Positions 27,631 through 41,719 are shown, numbered from the stretch's first letter. The stretch is DNA of 64,000 bases from Eledone cirrhosa (GCA_964016885.1 OZ024747.1:89900001-89964000); one strand, 5' to 3'. Made by a program: numbers and translations. The notes: generated from the sequence alone by a model not told the origin.

Positions 27631-27796
27631 TTTTTTCTTCCCAATACTAAAAACGTTGCTTTACCATCGAAGAATTTGTTCAAAAAGTGCTTGTAGCAGA
27701 ATATGGAATATATCATAAAATGGCTAAAATGGATGGCCCTCTGCAGTAAGAGATATACATCAAATCAACCCACACATACAAATTTCATACCTTTAA

Positions 27797-28016
27797 CCCT
27801 TTAGCATTCACATTACTTTATATTTACTATTGTGTTTTTGTGGGAAAGGCTTTACCTTACATAATACCTCACATAATATCGAATCAATGAGATTTTGATA
27901 TTATTTATTTCGAGAACAATACCTTAACATTAGTATGAGTGGCCGGTTACAGCCAGTTTGAACAGAAAGAGGTGAGAGAATTCTGGCCGGATATTGCCAG
28001 TTTAAATGCTAAAGGG
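27797..28016 (+). mobile_element. piggyBac-like MITE PB-1, full copy
   Basis: TTAA TSDs and 12-bp TIR CCCTTTAGCATT/AATGCTAAAGGG; another copy about 54975-55165(-). Confidence 0.8.
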
Positions 28017-29099
28017 TTAAAGGTCTTCCCCAAAATGTTTTATGAGATTTTGAAGATTTTGTTTAAAATAAATGTAAAGTTTTTTCCAGAAAGATTTATA
28101 ATCTAAAATGAAAATATTTTTGGGAACGTTTAAATATTTTTATACCTTCAGATAAGGTGAAAGATTTATATGAAATTTGCACATCTACTTACTACCAATT
28201 CCTGTTAAATGTACTCACAAATAATTTAAATGTACATAGTATAACAATAGAGTTTACAAAATAGTTACTCATTTGAAAATAGAAGATAGAATCGAACCCA
28301 TAACCTTACAGAATACATATTTTACATCTAATGGCTGCACACATAACTTTCTGGATAATCTGGTTGATTAATTAACCCAGCAAAAACTGATGCCACTAGA
28401 ATTAGTAAATATATTTTAGATAAGGTTATCCTTAAACTTAAGGAAGCCTTTGTTATAGAATTATACCAAGCAAGCCATTCCCTCATTCCATTCCTTATCA
28501 AACAAAAGCGTATGTACTTTTATTCAGTTTTGTTTCTTCTATGATAAAAAATTTTTATCCGTATCGGATTCTACTATCAATTTTATCGTACATGCTAGAA
28601 AGTCTATGTTGTTTTATAAAATATTATTTTGATTTTAAAAACGTATGATTTACGTTTCCTTTGATGTTAGTATGGGAGCAAAAGGCTCTGCAGAGATTAA
28701 TGATATTGTAGGATGATAGATATTGCATAGGTCAGCTACAAATTCACCCTTTTTAGGAGATAGATTATACAGAAATGATGACCTATTTGTACACAGAAGC
28801 TTTAATAAACAAAACATTGGTGGCTTTTGCTATGCAATACACTTTTTCTTTAAAATATCCAACCTAAATATTGCAATAGATACTAACCTCAAAATGTTTA
28901 TCTCGATGTAACACTGAACTTAAATAATTGTTTGGCTTCACCATTTAGGAGACCCATTGAGTCTTAGTTACTACAGAAATAGACTGTCCAACTACTCCAA
29001 GAATATATTAGATATCTTAGTTAAACATATTTCCTGATGTATCTCTAGATGTTCTTCAAATGAAGAAATATTATAATAATAATGAAAATATTGTGTACA

Positions 29100-29337
29100 G
29101 TGCTCAGGTGCACTACAACTCATCAAAAAGTGTATGTATAGTACATAGGGTAATGTACAAACGTCAGGAAAATGAACAGTGCATGAGTCATGATATACAC
29201 ATGTGTGCATGTGTATGGAAGGGGTACATTGGTGTAGTTTTGGCGAATTTCGGGAAGCATGAGGGTTTTAAAAGATGCAGTGTCTCAGCAGCTAACAACT
29301 GATGCAGGCTGTTTGTTCCATGCTTCAGCAACTCTAA
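29100..29337 (-). mobile_element. CR1 LINE 3' end
   Basis: Same 3' end and UTR as 39246-39470. Confidence 0.75.
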
Positions 29338-29684
29338 TGATCCCATAGGTAATAACGTTTTATTGTAATCTATTGTATTATTGGTATAGATTCTGGTTAC
29401 ATTTTCTGTAAGTTTTGAGAGAATGATATATGAGTTACGAGTTTTGGACAAATTTGTATAGCAGAGGTAATACAATCATTTTGTATTCATTATAATGAGA
29501 TTTCATTGAAATGTGGATTAGATATTGGTTTTTGCATATCTGCCTATGTTGTTGCAGTTATAAGTTATTATTCAACAGTGTGTGGATGCATGCAGGAATG
29601 TGTAATTATCTATGTAACACATAAAAATGGAGATTAACTACTGAACTCCCAATAATTTATGTGATTGCACTCATGATGCTACTA

Positions 29685-30940
29685 ATACTACATTGTACAC
29701 ATGACATGTGGTGCAACACTACATTACATTCAAGACATGTGGTGGTAGATCTGATATACTAATAAAAGTACCAATACTGCATTACATTCAAGACATGTGG
29801 TAAAACACTACATTGTACACATGACATGTGGTGCAACACTACATTACATTCAAGACATGTGGTGGTAGATCTGATACACTAATGAAAGTACCAACACTGC
29901 ATTACACACAATACATGTGGTGGTAGATTTGATATACTAATGAAAGTACCAACACTGCATTACATACAAGACATGTGGTGGTAGATCTGATACACTAATG
30001 AAAGTACCAACACTGCATTACACACAAGACATGTGGTGGTAGATCTGATATACTAATGAAAGTACCAATACTGCATTACATACAAGGCATGTGGTGGTAG
30101 ATCTGATACACTAATGAAAGTACCAATACTGCATTACATACAAGACATGTGGTGGTAGATCTGATATACTAATGAAAGTACCAATACTGCATTACATACA
30201 AGACATGTGGTGGTAGATCTGATACACTAATGAAAGTACCAATACTACATTACATACAAGACATGTGGTGGTAGATCTGATATACTAATGAAAGTACCAA
30301 TACTACATTACATTCAAGACATGTGGTGGTAGATCTGATATACTAATGAAAGTACCAATACTGCATTACATTCAAGACATGTGGTGGTAGATCTGATACA
30401 CTAATGAAAGTACCAATACTGCATTACATACAAGACATGTGGTGGTAGATCTGATATACTAATGAAAGTACCAATACTGCATTACATACAAGACATGTGG
30501 TGGTAGATCTGATACACTAATGAAAGTACCAATACTGCATTACATACAAGACATGTGGTGGTAGATCTGATACACTAATGAAGGTACCAACACTGCATTA
30601 CACACAAGACATGTGGTGGTAGATCTGATACACTAATGAAAGTACCAATACTGCATTACATACAAGACATGTGGTGGTAGATCTGATATACTAATGAAAG
30701 TACCAATACTGCATTACATACAAGACATGTGGTGGTAGATCTGATATACTAATGAAAGTACCAATACTGCATTACATACAAGACATGTGGTGGTAGATCT
30801 GATACACTAATGAAAGTACCAATACTACATTACATACAAGACATGTGGTGGTAGATCTGATATACTAATGAAAGTACCAACACTGCATTACACACAATAC
30901 ATGTGGTACAACACTACATTGTACACATGACATGTAGTGG
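29685..30940. repeat. 58-bp tandem minisatellite (about 19 copies) flanked by related 31-bp units
   Basis: Unit ACATGTGGTGGTAGATCTGATATACTAATGAAAGTACCAATACTGCATTACATACAAG; period 58 (29971, 30029). Confidence 0.95.
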
Positions 30941-31031
30941 TAGAAGTTCACATAGGAGGCTTGGCTGAAAAGTCCACACACTGACCAAGATACTCTAATG
31001 GAATGACAAAATGAGGTATATATATATATCC

Positions 31032-31087
<56 letters not shown>

Positions 31088-31091
<4 letters not shown>

Positions 31092-31498
31092 TGACATATA
31101 AAGGTACTTAAGTTTTGTTGGGTTATACATCCCAAATCATCCAGCCTATTATAAAAATAAAGATGGCCTCTAACAGTTGATTGTAATTTCATTTGGAAAG
31201 AATACATGAGAGCTCTTCAAAGGCAGGTAATTTCGAAAATAGCTATAAATAGCTATAAATAACCAAAATTATTAGTTAGGTTACCGTTGAAGAGCTTTCA
31301 TATATTTTTTTCCAAAAGAAATTACATTCAACCGTTAGAGGCCATATTTCTTTTTATAACAGGCTGAATGAGTTGGGGTGTGTAACCCAACGAAACTTAA
31401 GTACCTGTATATGTCACTGTTGTAACCAATTATACTTAATTCATCTTATGGACTGAGTGTTCTTGCCCTTGGATATTTCTACCAAACTTTTACTATTG
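31088..31498 (+). mobile_element. Non-autonomous Penelope-like element (family P-C): inverted arms of about 133 bp plus tail, in (TA)n
   Basis: 31088-31220 is an imperfect reverse complement of 31287-31420; hammerhead in the arms. Confidence 0.75.
31359..31408 (+). ncRNA. Minimal type I hammerhead ribozyme with one extra core nucleotide
   Basis: ACAGG-CTGAATGA-GTTGGG(GTGTGTAA)CCCAAC-GAAA-CTTAAG-TA-CCTGT; decayed mirror copy at 31100-31148(-). Confidence 0.75.
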
Positions 31499-31643
31499 TA
31501 TGTATATACAAACCTTTATAAATTAACAGTTTTCCTAGAGATGGCAACATGAATACACCTGTTTTTTCTCTAAAATAATTTTTGCGGTGTTTCTGCCACT
31601 ACATGTGTCCTCAATATTTCTATTTCTTTTTTAATTTCTCATT

Positions 31644-31686
31644 CTATTTTCTGATGAAGGACCAGCATCCAAAACGTTAAGACTCT
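31644..31686 (+). ncRNA. Decayed minimal hammerhead in a probable PLE remnant (about 31500-31772)
   Basis: CTGATGA-AGGA(CCAGCA)TCC-AAAAC-GTT; GAAA read as AAAA, consistent with CpG decay of CCGAAAC; weak stem I. Confidence 0.4.
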
Positions 31687-34182
31687 TTTCCTACTATATC
31701 AAACGTAAAACTAATAATATATTTCTTCATTGTACTGCGTTGTTTGCTTTGTTATTTCTGTTTGCCTTTGGCATATATATATATATGTGTATGTATGAAT
31801 GTCATCATCATCACCATCATTTAACGTCCATCTTCCACACACTATACATATATATATAAACCCAAACAGAAAGGTACTTGTAAAGCATATTTCATTGTTT
31901 GAATGCTAAGTTTGTTTTTAATTTCTCAAATATACACGTCATTTGATCTGATTTCTCATTTGACATTATATATAATGCCTTGTGTCTATGTAGGAAATGA
32001 GTTTGCTTGTTAATGTATGATTAGGTTGCTAGTAAGATCAATCATATATGTATTATTGACTGAATGGTTCATAACAGCAATAGAGGTTTATTAATACCAT
32101 ACATTGACTGTTATTATATTTACTTAAACATTTTCCTCAATCTTAGGCCATTCTAACTACTTGGATATATTTCAGAAACTTCTTAATATGCTGAAATATA
32201 AAGGCAAATTTCCTGGCATATTAGTATTAGAAAAATTATCTTTGTATATTTACATTTCAAAAGTAAATAGTTATAAAAATCAATAAGTTTTGTTTTCCTT
32301 CATATATTTTCTCCTTTCTTTGAATTTATATATTGAACATTTCTGAATGTAAACGATATTTATTTTTCAGTGTTTCTTTGTTTATTTTACATTATAATCC
32401 TTTAATATATTAATTTAATTAAATATCAGCATTGTTAATTTTATGAGCTGGCTAATTGTTAATGCTAGTAGTTTTCAGTTTCACTTTAATTTTGCATCTG
32501 AAATCTTTGCTTATGATATTCTGTCAAAGCTTATATATTTCAAGCTGGGTTTTATTGTACTTACTTTATTATATATGTAAATAGAGAGGTTATTATTATT
32601 TGTTTTTGCTTTTATATTTTGTTGTTCTTTTTTATTTTTTTACCATTCTTATTCATACCTTTTCCACATGATGGAATCATATTAGAAATCTATCTTCATA
32701 ATTTTCTTCACTTGATCAATCCTTGTGAGGCCCTTTATAATTATCAAAACAATGACCTATATTTAATGAAATACTTCTGCATATTTGGTTTTCAGTTCAA
32801 ATTTCAGAATTATTTTAAATTGCTTTTATCCATTAAAATCAAATTTCATTGGACATTCTTCCTATTTATCCTGTGATTCAATTAATTAATTGGTCTATTT
32901 TAATAATTTTCTAATTCTTTATACTTTAAAAGATTATAAAAATGATACTCAATTTGTTTACTTCTAATAAGAGTTGATGTAGTGTACAGTGAGATTAAGG
33001 CAGAGTTAGGTTGTAGCTAAAGCAAGAAGATTCATTACATGTTACATGCTCAATGTTGTTGGAGGAAATGGCTCTATAAAACTTCATTCAAAATAAATCT
33101 CTGCTGAAGATTTGTATTTTCCTCATAATATTGAAGTTTTCTCCAATCAGCCAGCTAATCAAGTATTGTTCTGCTCTACTAAATTAACCTGAATTTCATA
33201 ATTAATTTATCGAATTTTTTTAAATCCTTTGTAGAATGGACATAACAATGATAATTCTTTTTAAAACTGACATCTGGGTTTTGTTGTTGGTTTTAGTAGC
33301 ATCTAAATCAAATAATATTAAGCTGCATTAACAAAAATTACATTGATGCATTATATGCTTATAAATATATATTTTCACGTAATGCTTCAATGATGTAAAT
33401 TATTTAATTTGATTAAAAACTTCAGTTTTTCTTATTAAGATTAAACTAATATAATATTCTACTGATTCAAATCTAAGTACACTGCTAAAATATTTGCATC
33501 ATATACTCAAAAATATTACCAAATAATATCAAATGCCTGTCACTTTACTAGAATCTTTCAACTTTATTTTCGTATTATCATCTTAGATTAATGGCAAGGA
33601 TGCATTTAATTACTATTGATATGATTTTATTTCTTTCAATTATTATTAAATATATTTTGGTTACAATAGAACATCTGTGATTAATTTTCAGTGTTTTCAT
33701 TGTTTTCTGTATTTAAGTTAAATATTCTTTGTTTCCTGTTTATAGCTTGTATGGAATATATGTTGGTGTTGTTGATACCCTCACAGATATCCATGGTAAT
33801 GCTGCAAGTGTATTGGCTTTCCTCAAAATATTCCATTGACCCTTGTAATGTGTGGCCGATTGTTGCATTTGGTGGTGAATTGAGGGTCGTTTCTGTTTCT
33901 CTTTTCTTTTTCTTTCTCTCGCTCTGGTCATATATTTTGGTGTTTTGTATTTGTGAGGTTCCTAGCAATAGTTAATTATATTTGTTATATGTGTGTTTAT
34001 ATTTGTGTTTATATTTTCATTCTAAAAGAATTGTGAGCAATTTGTAATGTTATTTATGTATATATTTGAAACTTACTAAAGTTTATATATTAAAAAAAAA
34101 TGACTTTCATAATAAAAAAAAACATATTCACATTCAGGAAAAGCATAACACATGCCAACGTACACCAGTCCATAGTCTATAG

Positions 34183-34388
34183 CAAGCATGTCAAACATGC
34201 GGACTGCGGGCCATATGCGGCCCTTTACGAGTACACCTGCAGCCCACACAAAGGATTTTACAGCCCAAGCATGTTTTATCTTCGTAATATAAAATAGAAA
34301 GAATTAGTTGTAATGTGTGCAATTAATTTTCGTGTGTGGCCCTCAGATAGCACATATGTGACTCATGTGGCCCTCGAGGGAACATCAG
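34183..34388 (+). mobile_element. hAT (Charlie-like) MITE, right end deleted
   Basis: CAAGCATGTCAAACATGCGGACTGCGGGCCATATGCGGCCC; 8-bp TSD GTCTATAG (34175-34182, 34389-34396). Confidence 0.7.
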
Positions 34389-36210
34389 GTCTATAGACAT
34401 ACTGTCTCTCCTTTTTGCTCTACCTTTTCCACAACTACTTCAGTGGTCCCTGTTCTACACAGCTGATTGGTTGACACCACCTTCACTCATGTCCTCTCTC
34501 CTTATTCCATCACCCATGCTATTACTCCCAACCTACTTCTATGTTCAATCTTTCTTTCCCAGAACACCTGTGTTTTGTTTTGTTTTTCCTGCAGTTATCC
34601 ATTTACAATTGTTCAAGAACATCAATCACATGGACTACAACTGAAATATTGTTCCTGACCAACATATAACTGTTGTTATCAGTGTATTAAAGAGAGTTAC
34701 GTATTGATATGATATTTCCTCAAATTACTTATGAGGTACATGAAATATAATTGTATAGGTTGTATAGATGTGTAAATCCGATTATTAACTTGAATAACAT
34801 TACATTTAGAAAGCTAAATGTAGTAATATACTTTAGCAGAGTAATTATGATGTTTGTATAAGTATAAGGTGCATTGTAAGATTTTAGCAGTTGCTTTATA
34901 TTCCTGGATTAAAATTCCTAGGAGTTAAATTCTCCTTTCAAGTACCAATAATATACCAATGTTGTGTAAAAGTAAACAGATATTTTAGTCTTAAAAAGTA
35001 ACTAGATTATGAATAAATAAAATGAATAAATAAAATAGAATAAGAAAACATTACAGCAATACAACAGGAAAAATAATAATAACATCACTGATGATGTCAC
35101 AGATGTGTGACGGAAGAACTCTGAGAAACTATATTTATATCTATATTTTTAACTGTTGGTCAATCAATGATAAACATTGATTGCCAGCAGAATTGATTAT
35201 ACAAATATAAAATATACTGAAGCGAAAACCAATCCATACCAAACAGTGAGTGTGTTTTACTATATATTTCTCTCAATATTATAACATAATATAACTAGAT
35301 TTGAGGGCTTTTAAAACAGCATCAGTCATCTTTATCACTGGAATGTTATCAAAAGAAAGCAATATATTGGTCTTCTCTTCTGCACACTACAGTTTATCCC
35401 TCTTATATACAGTTTGAGTCTCAACTCGTCCATGCTTGGTCTTTAATACACATTGACATTGCACATCCATTGGATCTTGCTTACTTCATTCCTCTCCAGC
35501 CTTCACATATCCTCTGCAGTTGCTGCCCATGTTCTCATTACCATGCAGCATCATGCATCTCACACAAGCATCATACAACCAACCATTCGTTTGATATCAT
35601 CATCATCATTATCGATTAACGTCCATCTTCCAAACTAGCATGGATTAGACGGATCCCATTTAGAGGCAAGTTGTGTCGGGTGACCGTGTCTCACTCATAT
35701 AGGGATGTTTCTGGCTGGCTTTCTACAACTGGATGCCCTCCCTAAAGCCAGGGCATCCAGCCATAAAAAACCAACCAGAAACACCCCTATATATATAATT
35801 ATAATCATAGTGCACCAGCATAGCCTCAGCCACTCAGCTGGAACACATAAGAGTAATAGAGTAATATAAATATAACAACAACTATAGTATAACATAAATC
35901 ACATTCCTATCAACCATTGTCTGTGTTTCACATATTCAGTTTAGGGACCATTTATGTTGATTGATTTCTCTCATCAGAGAAGGTTTGTAATCCATCATTT
36001 TCCTTTTTGTTTCAATAATCATTTCAGGTAAATTAGAATCTGTATAGATATATGTGATCATTTAATGTATCCCTCACTATATCTATTTTCAATTATAGGA
36101 CATCTAATCAGCTCATAGTCTCATCATTACTGGAATACTGGAATACATTTACATCAGAGACATAGCTGCTTCTTTCTTTTGCTGATGAAATACTATGATA
36201 TATTATAAAT

Positions 36211-36605
36211 TGTTAAATGCTAGCAAGGACAAAATATAGGTGATTAGTTAAAGTCAAGTATTTCCAGGTGTAGACACGTCATTTAAAGTTGACAAGCTTT
36301 CAGCTTCATGAAATTATTTAATGTGACAAAACAGCTGATGACCAAGTATGAATTTATAGATAGGGTATTAAAGTTGATACTCGCAGCTGTTATCACATCA
36401 TCAGTTGGGTTTTCTCTACCAATTTGCTGATTATGCAAACAAATAATATCAAATATTCTCTTCTGTCTGACTGAAGGCAACTACTGAAGAGCTAGGTAGA
36501 AAAAATACAATATTCTACCAACAACTAGTATGCAGCCCCATCAATATGTCTTTTCCACTACACTCATAACCATACAGTTATAAAAACATTAGCTCTTTCC
36601 TATCC
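36211..36605 (+). repeat. Left arm of a long inverted duplication (partner 38895-39245)
   Basis: Highly similar reverse complements; also visible as twin ORFs 36283-36480(-) and 38984-39181(+). Confidence 0.9.
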
Positions 36606-37879
36606 TCACTATTAGTCATGTTTCTCTAGAACAAGGTGGCCATAAAAAGACAACCTCTAAGCCACCACACACCTATTTTCTCTTTTGAATGATGCCTGCC
36701 TCAAAACAACAAAACAAGACAACCCCCTAGTGTTGATGCCCCTATAATAAAATACTCAGTACATTCTGTAAAGTGATTGGTATTCAAATGGTAAAATGGT
36801 AATATATCATGGACATAACATCTATTGTGGTGGTGCCTAGGTAAAATGCATTCAGTACAATCTGTAAATTGGGAATTGTAGAAACCAAGACAAAATAAAA
36901 TGTGTTTGAATGAAACAAGATTCCATGACCTGTCTAGAAGGAGAGTACTCTTCATTAACTATTGATTTTGACTAATGATCTGTCCTAACACACCGAAGTT
37001 AGCTTTGCCTTTCATCCATATGGGGTCTATAAAATAAAGCACCAGTAATGCACTTGGGTCAATTTAATCGACTTTCCCCTCCCCTTTAAATTGCTGGCCT
37101 TGTGCCTAAAGTAGAAACAATTATTATTAGTGGATTGGCAGTATCAGTAGAGTGTCGGACGCCATGCCTTGCAGCATAGAGTTACGGCCCTTTATGGTCT
37201 GAGTTCAAATCCCGATGAGGTTAACTTTACCTTTCGTCCTTACAGGGTTAAAAAAATAAAGCACTAGTAACGTACTGGGATCGATTTAATCGACTTTCCC
37301 CTCTCCCTAAATTACTTGCTTTGTGCCTATACTAGAAATCATTATTATCATTATTATCATTATTATCATTATTATTATGTGTGTGTGAGTGTGCATATGT
37401 GTGTATGTATCATTTTGAGTACACAAAATAGCAGATAATAAAATGGAACAAAAAGAAAATTTTTTTTTTTAACAATAAAATAATTTTAGTTGTATTTAAA
37501 AAAAGATTTTTTAGTTTTTGGTTTTTGGTACCTGATAACAGAACTAAGTTTTATCCATTTGAATATTCCTCATAATTGTGGAAAGCCATTGTCAAATTTA
37601 CAGCATTACTGAATTATGAATTAATATGACGGAAGTAAGAAACTCAATTGTTGAATCATTATCGTGAAAGTAATTCCTTTGAGTCAGATCATAATTATTA
37701 ATGATCTTCTCCACAATCTTTCAGTCTTCCTTGTTCAGCTATTTATTAAATATATAAGCAAATTCTGGGAAGAAAAAATAAATTTTTTTTTCTCAGTTTA
37801 ACTTTATATATAAGTATGTGTGTGTGTATATGCATGTTGTGTGTGTGTGTAATGAACTTTCTTTTTTCTCTTTTGGTTC

Positions 37880-38630
37880 CAGATCACTCTGTACCATCTC
37901 GCCTAACTCAAAACTTATGGTGTATTCATCCAGATACTGTTGTGCTTCCATGAATAAGGAAGTCTTTCTATAGTCATAGCTTTATTCCTCAAACAAACAG
38001 ACTTTGGAACTCTCTTCCAGCTCATTGTTTTCTTCCTTCTATAACCTGAAGTGAAGTGTGCATGGCTTAGTGGTTAGAGTATTGGGCTTGCAATCAAAAG
38101 GTTGTGAGTTTGATTCTCAGACCGGGTAATGTGTTGTGTCCTTGAGCAAGACATTTTATTTCATGTTGCTCCAGTTTACTCAGCTGTAGAAATGAGTTGC
38201 AATCCTGCCAAATCGAAGAACCAGGGCCACCCCTAGGAGCACTGGATTTGATGTACTTCAGTTTGGTGTACTTCGATTTGGCAGGATTGCAACTCATTTC
38301 TACAGCTGAGTAAACTGGAGCAACATGAAATAAATAAATTTACTTTAGACTTGAAAATGTTCAGGTTACAATCTAATCTAATCTAATCTGGCTGGGTTCT
38401 TTTTTTACACTCACAAATAAGAAGAACCAGGGCCACCCCTGGGAGCATTGGATTTGGTGTACTTCAGTTTGGTGTAAAAAAAGAACCCAGCCAGATTAGA
38501 TTAGATTAGATTGTAACCTGAACATTTTCAAGTCTAAAGTAAATTTATTTATTTCATCTTAATTTCTCTTCCTTCATAGTCCCTCACACTAAATGGCTTC
38601 ATGTGTTGTTTGGAACTGTCAAGATAAGAA
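37880..38630 (+). mobile_element. Jockey/CR1-group LINE 3' end interrupted by a rearranged S2 SINE
   Basis: SFIPQTNRLWNSLPAHCFLPSYNL|NIFKSKVN split by insertion 38051-38513 with TSD TAACCTGAA. Confidence 0.65.
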
Positions 38631-38894
38631 AGAAAAAGTGTATCATCATTATCATCATCATCATTGTTTAACTACCATTCCATGATAGTATGGTTTAGAC
38701 CATTTGAGACAAGTTGGGTCAGGTGACAGTGTCTTGTTTGCACAGAGCTGTTTCTGGCTTTATTTCTACTTTTGCATGCCCTTCCTAACGCCAACCACAT
38801 TTAGAGTGTGGGCTGGGTGCTTTTTGTCATGTCGCCATCACAACCACTTTAGAGTATGAGCTGGAGGATTCACTAGACGTATGCTACAATAGTG

Positions 38895-39245
38895 GGAATA
38901 GGAAAGAGCTAATATTTATATAACTGTATGGTTATGAGTGTAGTGGAAAAGACATATTGATGGGGCTACATGCTCTTCAGTAGTTGCTTTCAGTCAGACA
39001 GAAGAGAATATTAGATATTATATTTTTGTATAATCAGCAAATTGGTAGAGAAAACCCAACTGATGATGTGATAACAGCTGCGAGTATCAACTTTAATACC
39101 CTATCTGTAAATTCATACTTGGCCATCAGCTGTTTTGTCACATTAAATAATTTCATGAAGCTGAAAGGCTGTCAACTTTAAATGACACCTGGAAATACTT
39201 GACTTTAACTAATCACCTATATTTTGTCCTTGCTAGCATTTAACA
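38895..39245 (-). repeat. Right arm of the inverted duplication (partner 36211-36605)
   Basis: See partner; directly abuts the CR1 3' end. Confidence 0.9.
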
Positions 39246-40090
39246 CTACAACTCATCAAAGGTGTATGTATAGTACATAAAATAATATACAAATGTCAGG
39301 AAAGTGAACAGTGTATGAGTCATGATATACATGTGTGTGTGTGTATAGAGGGGGAATATTAGGTATAGCATTGGCGAATTTCAGTAAGCATGGAGGTTTT
39401 AAAGGATGCAGTGTCTCGGCAGCTAACAACTGATGCGGGGAGTTTGTTCCATGCTTCAGCAACTCTGAGCGTGAAAAAATGTTTCCGAAAGTCATGGGAG
39501 CTGTGCTGTTTTCTGACTTTGTGGGCATGCCCATGTATGTTAGACACTTGGAAATCAAAAAGATACTCAGGGCTGTTCTTGGAAAGATGGTTAGTAATTT
39601 TGTGGGTGTTTACCAAGTCAGTTGCCAGATGTCGGAGCTTCCATGTATCCATGCCCAGGGAAGCAAGGTGTTCAGAGTATGGTAGATTCCTGATGGAATG
39701 TATTCGCTTGGTTGCACATCCCTGAACAGTTTCCAGGAGGTCAATGTTCTGAGCAAGATAGGGTTTGAAACTGGTGATGCAAATTCTAAGTGTGGCCGCA
39801 CCATAGCTATATACAATTTTAAATAGATAGCCTAAGAGTGGCTGACAAAGGTCTTGCTGAGTGATGCCAAGACACCCTTGGCCTTCTTGACAATTTTAGA
39901 GATGTGATTTGTCCAACGCAAATCGCTGCTGACAGTAATGCCCAGGTCACTTTCACAAGGAGACTTCTTGATATTAGTGTTGTGGAGGGAGCATGTGGAC
40001 GCTGGATTTTTCCTCCCAAAATACATGGTGGTACATTTGTTCACAGCTAGCTTGAGTTGCCAGTCTGTGATCCATTGCTGCATTGTGTCT
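39246..40090 (-). mobile_element. CR1 LINE, ORF2 C-terminal part and 3' UTR
   Basis: QWITDWQLKLAVNKC...ESDLGITVSSDLRWTNHISKIVKKA; YIAMVRPHLEFASPV; HGHAHKVRKQ...RKHFFTLRVAEAWNKLPASVV. Confidence 0.9.
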
Positions 40091-41719
40091 TCACATATAT
40101 TATTACTATATACACACATATATTTATATATATATATATTTAAAAGAATGTATGTCTGTCTTGACTTCTGATAACACATGTGCAATGGTAACTGAGTTAT
40201 AAATCTGAATAAACAGTATATGCACGAAAAAAAACTTCCTTCTCTCTGTCAGTATAGGTGTCTATCTAGTAATTTCTCTGCTTGTCTATTTATCCTTATT
40301 TAATTATTACACAATAATTAGAAATGTCAAGAGCAGCCATGAATGGAGAATGTAAGCAATCATATAAATAACAACAAAACACACGCAAACACTCTTTCTC
40401 ACCCACTCATGAACACACACACACAGTAAATAATATATATTTCATGTACCTATTTAAAATCCTTTATTGTTTTTTAAATCAATCTATTATTTCATTCATA
40501 AACGGTGGATTGGCAGTATCGGTAGAGAGTCGGATGCCATGCTTTGCAGTGTAAAGTTATGGCCCTTTATGATCTGATTTCAAATCCCACCGAGGTTAAC
40601 TTTGCCTTTCATCCTCACAGGATCGATAAAATAAAGTACCAGTCATACACTGGGGTCGATTTAATCGACTTTCCCCTCCCCCAAAATTGCTAGCCTTGTG
40701 CCTATATCAGCAAGCATTATTTCATTCATAAACCAAGCAAAGGAAAAATAACAGATATAAGTGATTCAGATCTTTTAATGATTTCAGTCGAATCAATCAC
40801 ACTTAAACAGACACTCTATCAATTACGACAATGAGTTGGTTCAATCAACGGAACAGCCAGCTCGTGAAATTAACGTGCAAGTGGCTTAGCATTCCATAAA
40901 CAGAAGTACACCTACTGTAGTTTTCAGAGTGATTCAGAATGACATGGGATGTGACAGGCTGGCCCCTAAATTACATGTACAACTAATTTTTGCCAGCTGA
41001 GTGGACTGGAGCAGCATGAAATAAAGTGTCTTGTTCAAGGACTCAACACGCCACTGGGAATCAAACTCATAACCTTAGGATTATAAACCAAATGCCCTAA
41101 CTACAAAGCCACACACCCTCTCAATCCCAATACTTAATTTATTCATAAGATGGTACTTAATGTATTTCTTATACCACTATGTTAAATGAGAAAACCAAGA
41201 ACATAGATATAAACACATTTACGCACACATACATATATGCACATCCACACACACATACACATGTGGGTATACAGAATCGCACATAATCCATTTTCCAAAT
41301 TTTACTCACAAATTATAGCTCAACCCTAAGCTACAGTAGAAGACACCTGATTGAATCTAAAAGGAGCCTTCTTAACCACACAGCTATATCTGTATTTGTA
41401 TTAAATGTTATATATATAGTATATTTCTGCAATCTGTTCCATTCAAGTATTGATTCAGTGATGCCAAACTCCACTGCAACATGTAGAGATTGAGATATGA
41501 GTTTAAGAATATAATTTAAGGGGAGGATTAAATGAAGAAAGAGGAAATGCATAGAAATGGAAATTGTGAAATTTTTCTTTCGTTTGGGCAATGCTCTGTA
41601 ACCATCTGAACTGGAGCAATATGAAATAAAGTGTCTTGCTCAAGGACACAATGCAACACCTGGTATGGGGATTAAACTCATAATATGATGATTGTAAGCC
41701 CAATGTATGTAAGCCCCAT

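Noticed and set aside
35088-35120. Hammerhead candidate CTGATGA-T-GTCACA(GATG)TGTGAC-G-GAAG
   Set aside because: GAAG instead of GAAA and no stem III, UH site or stem I in register
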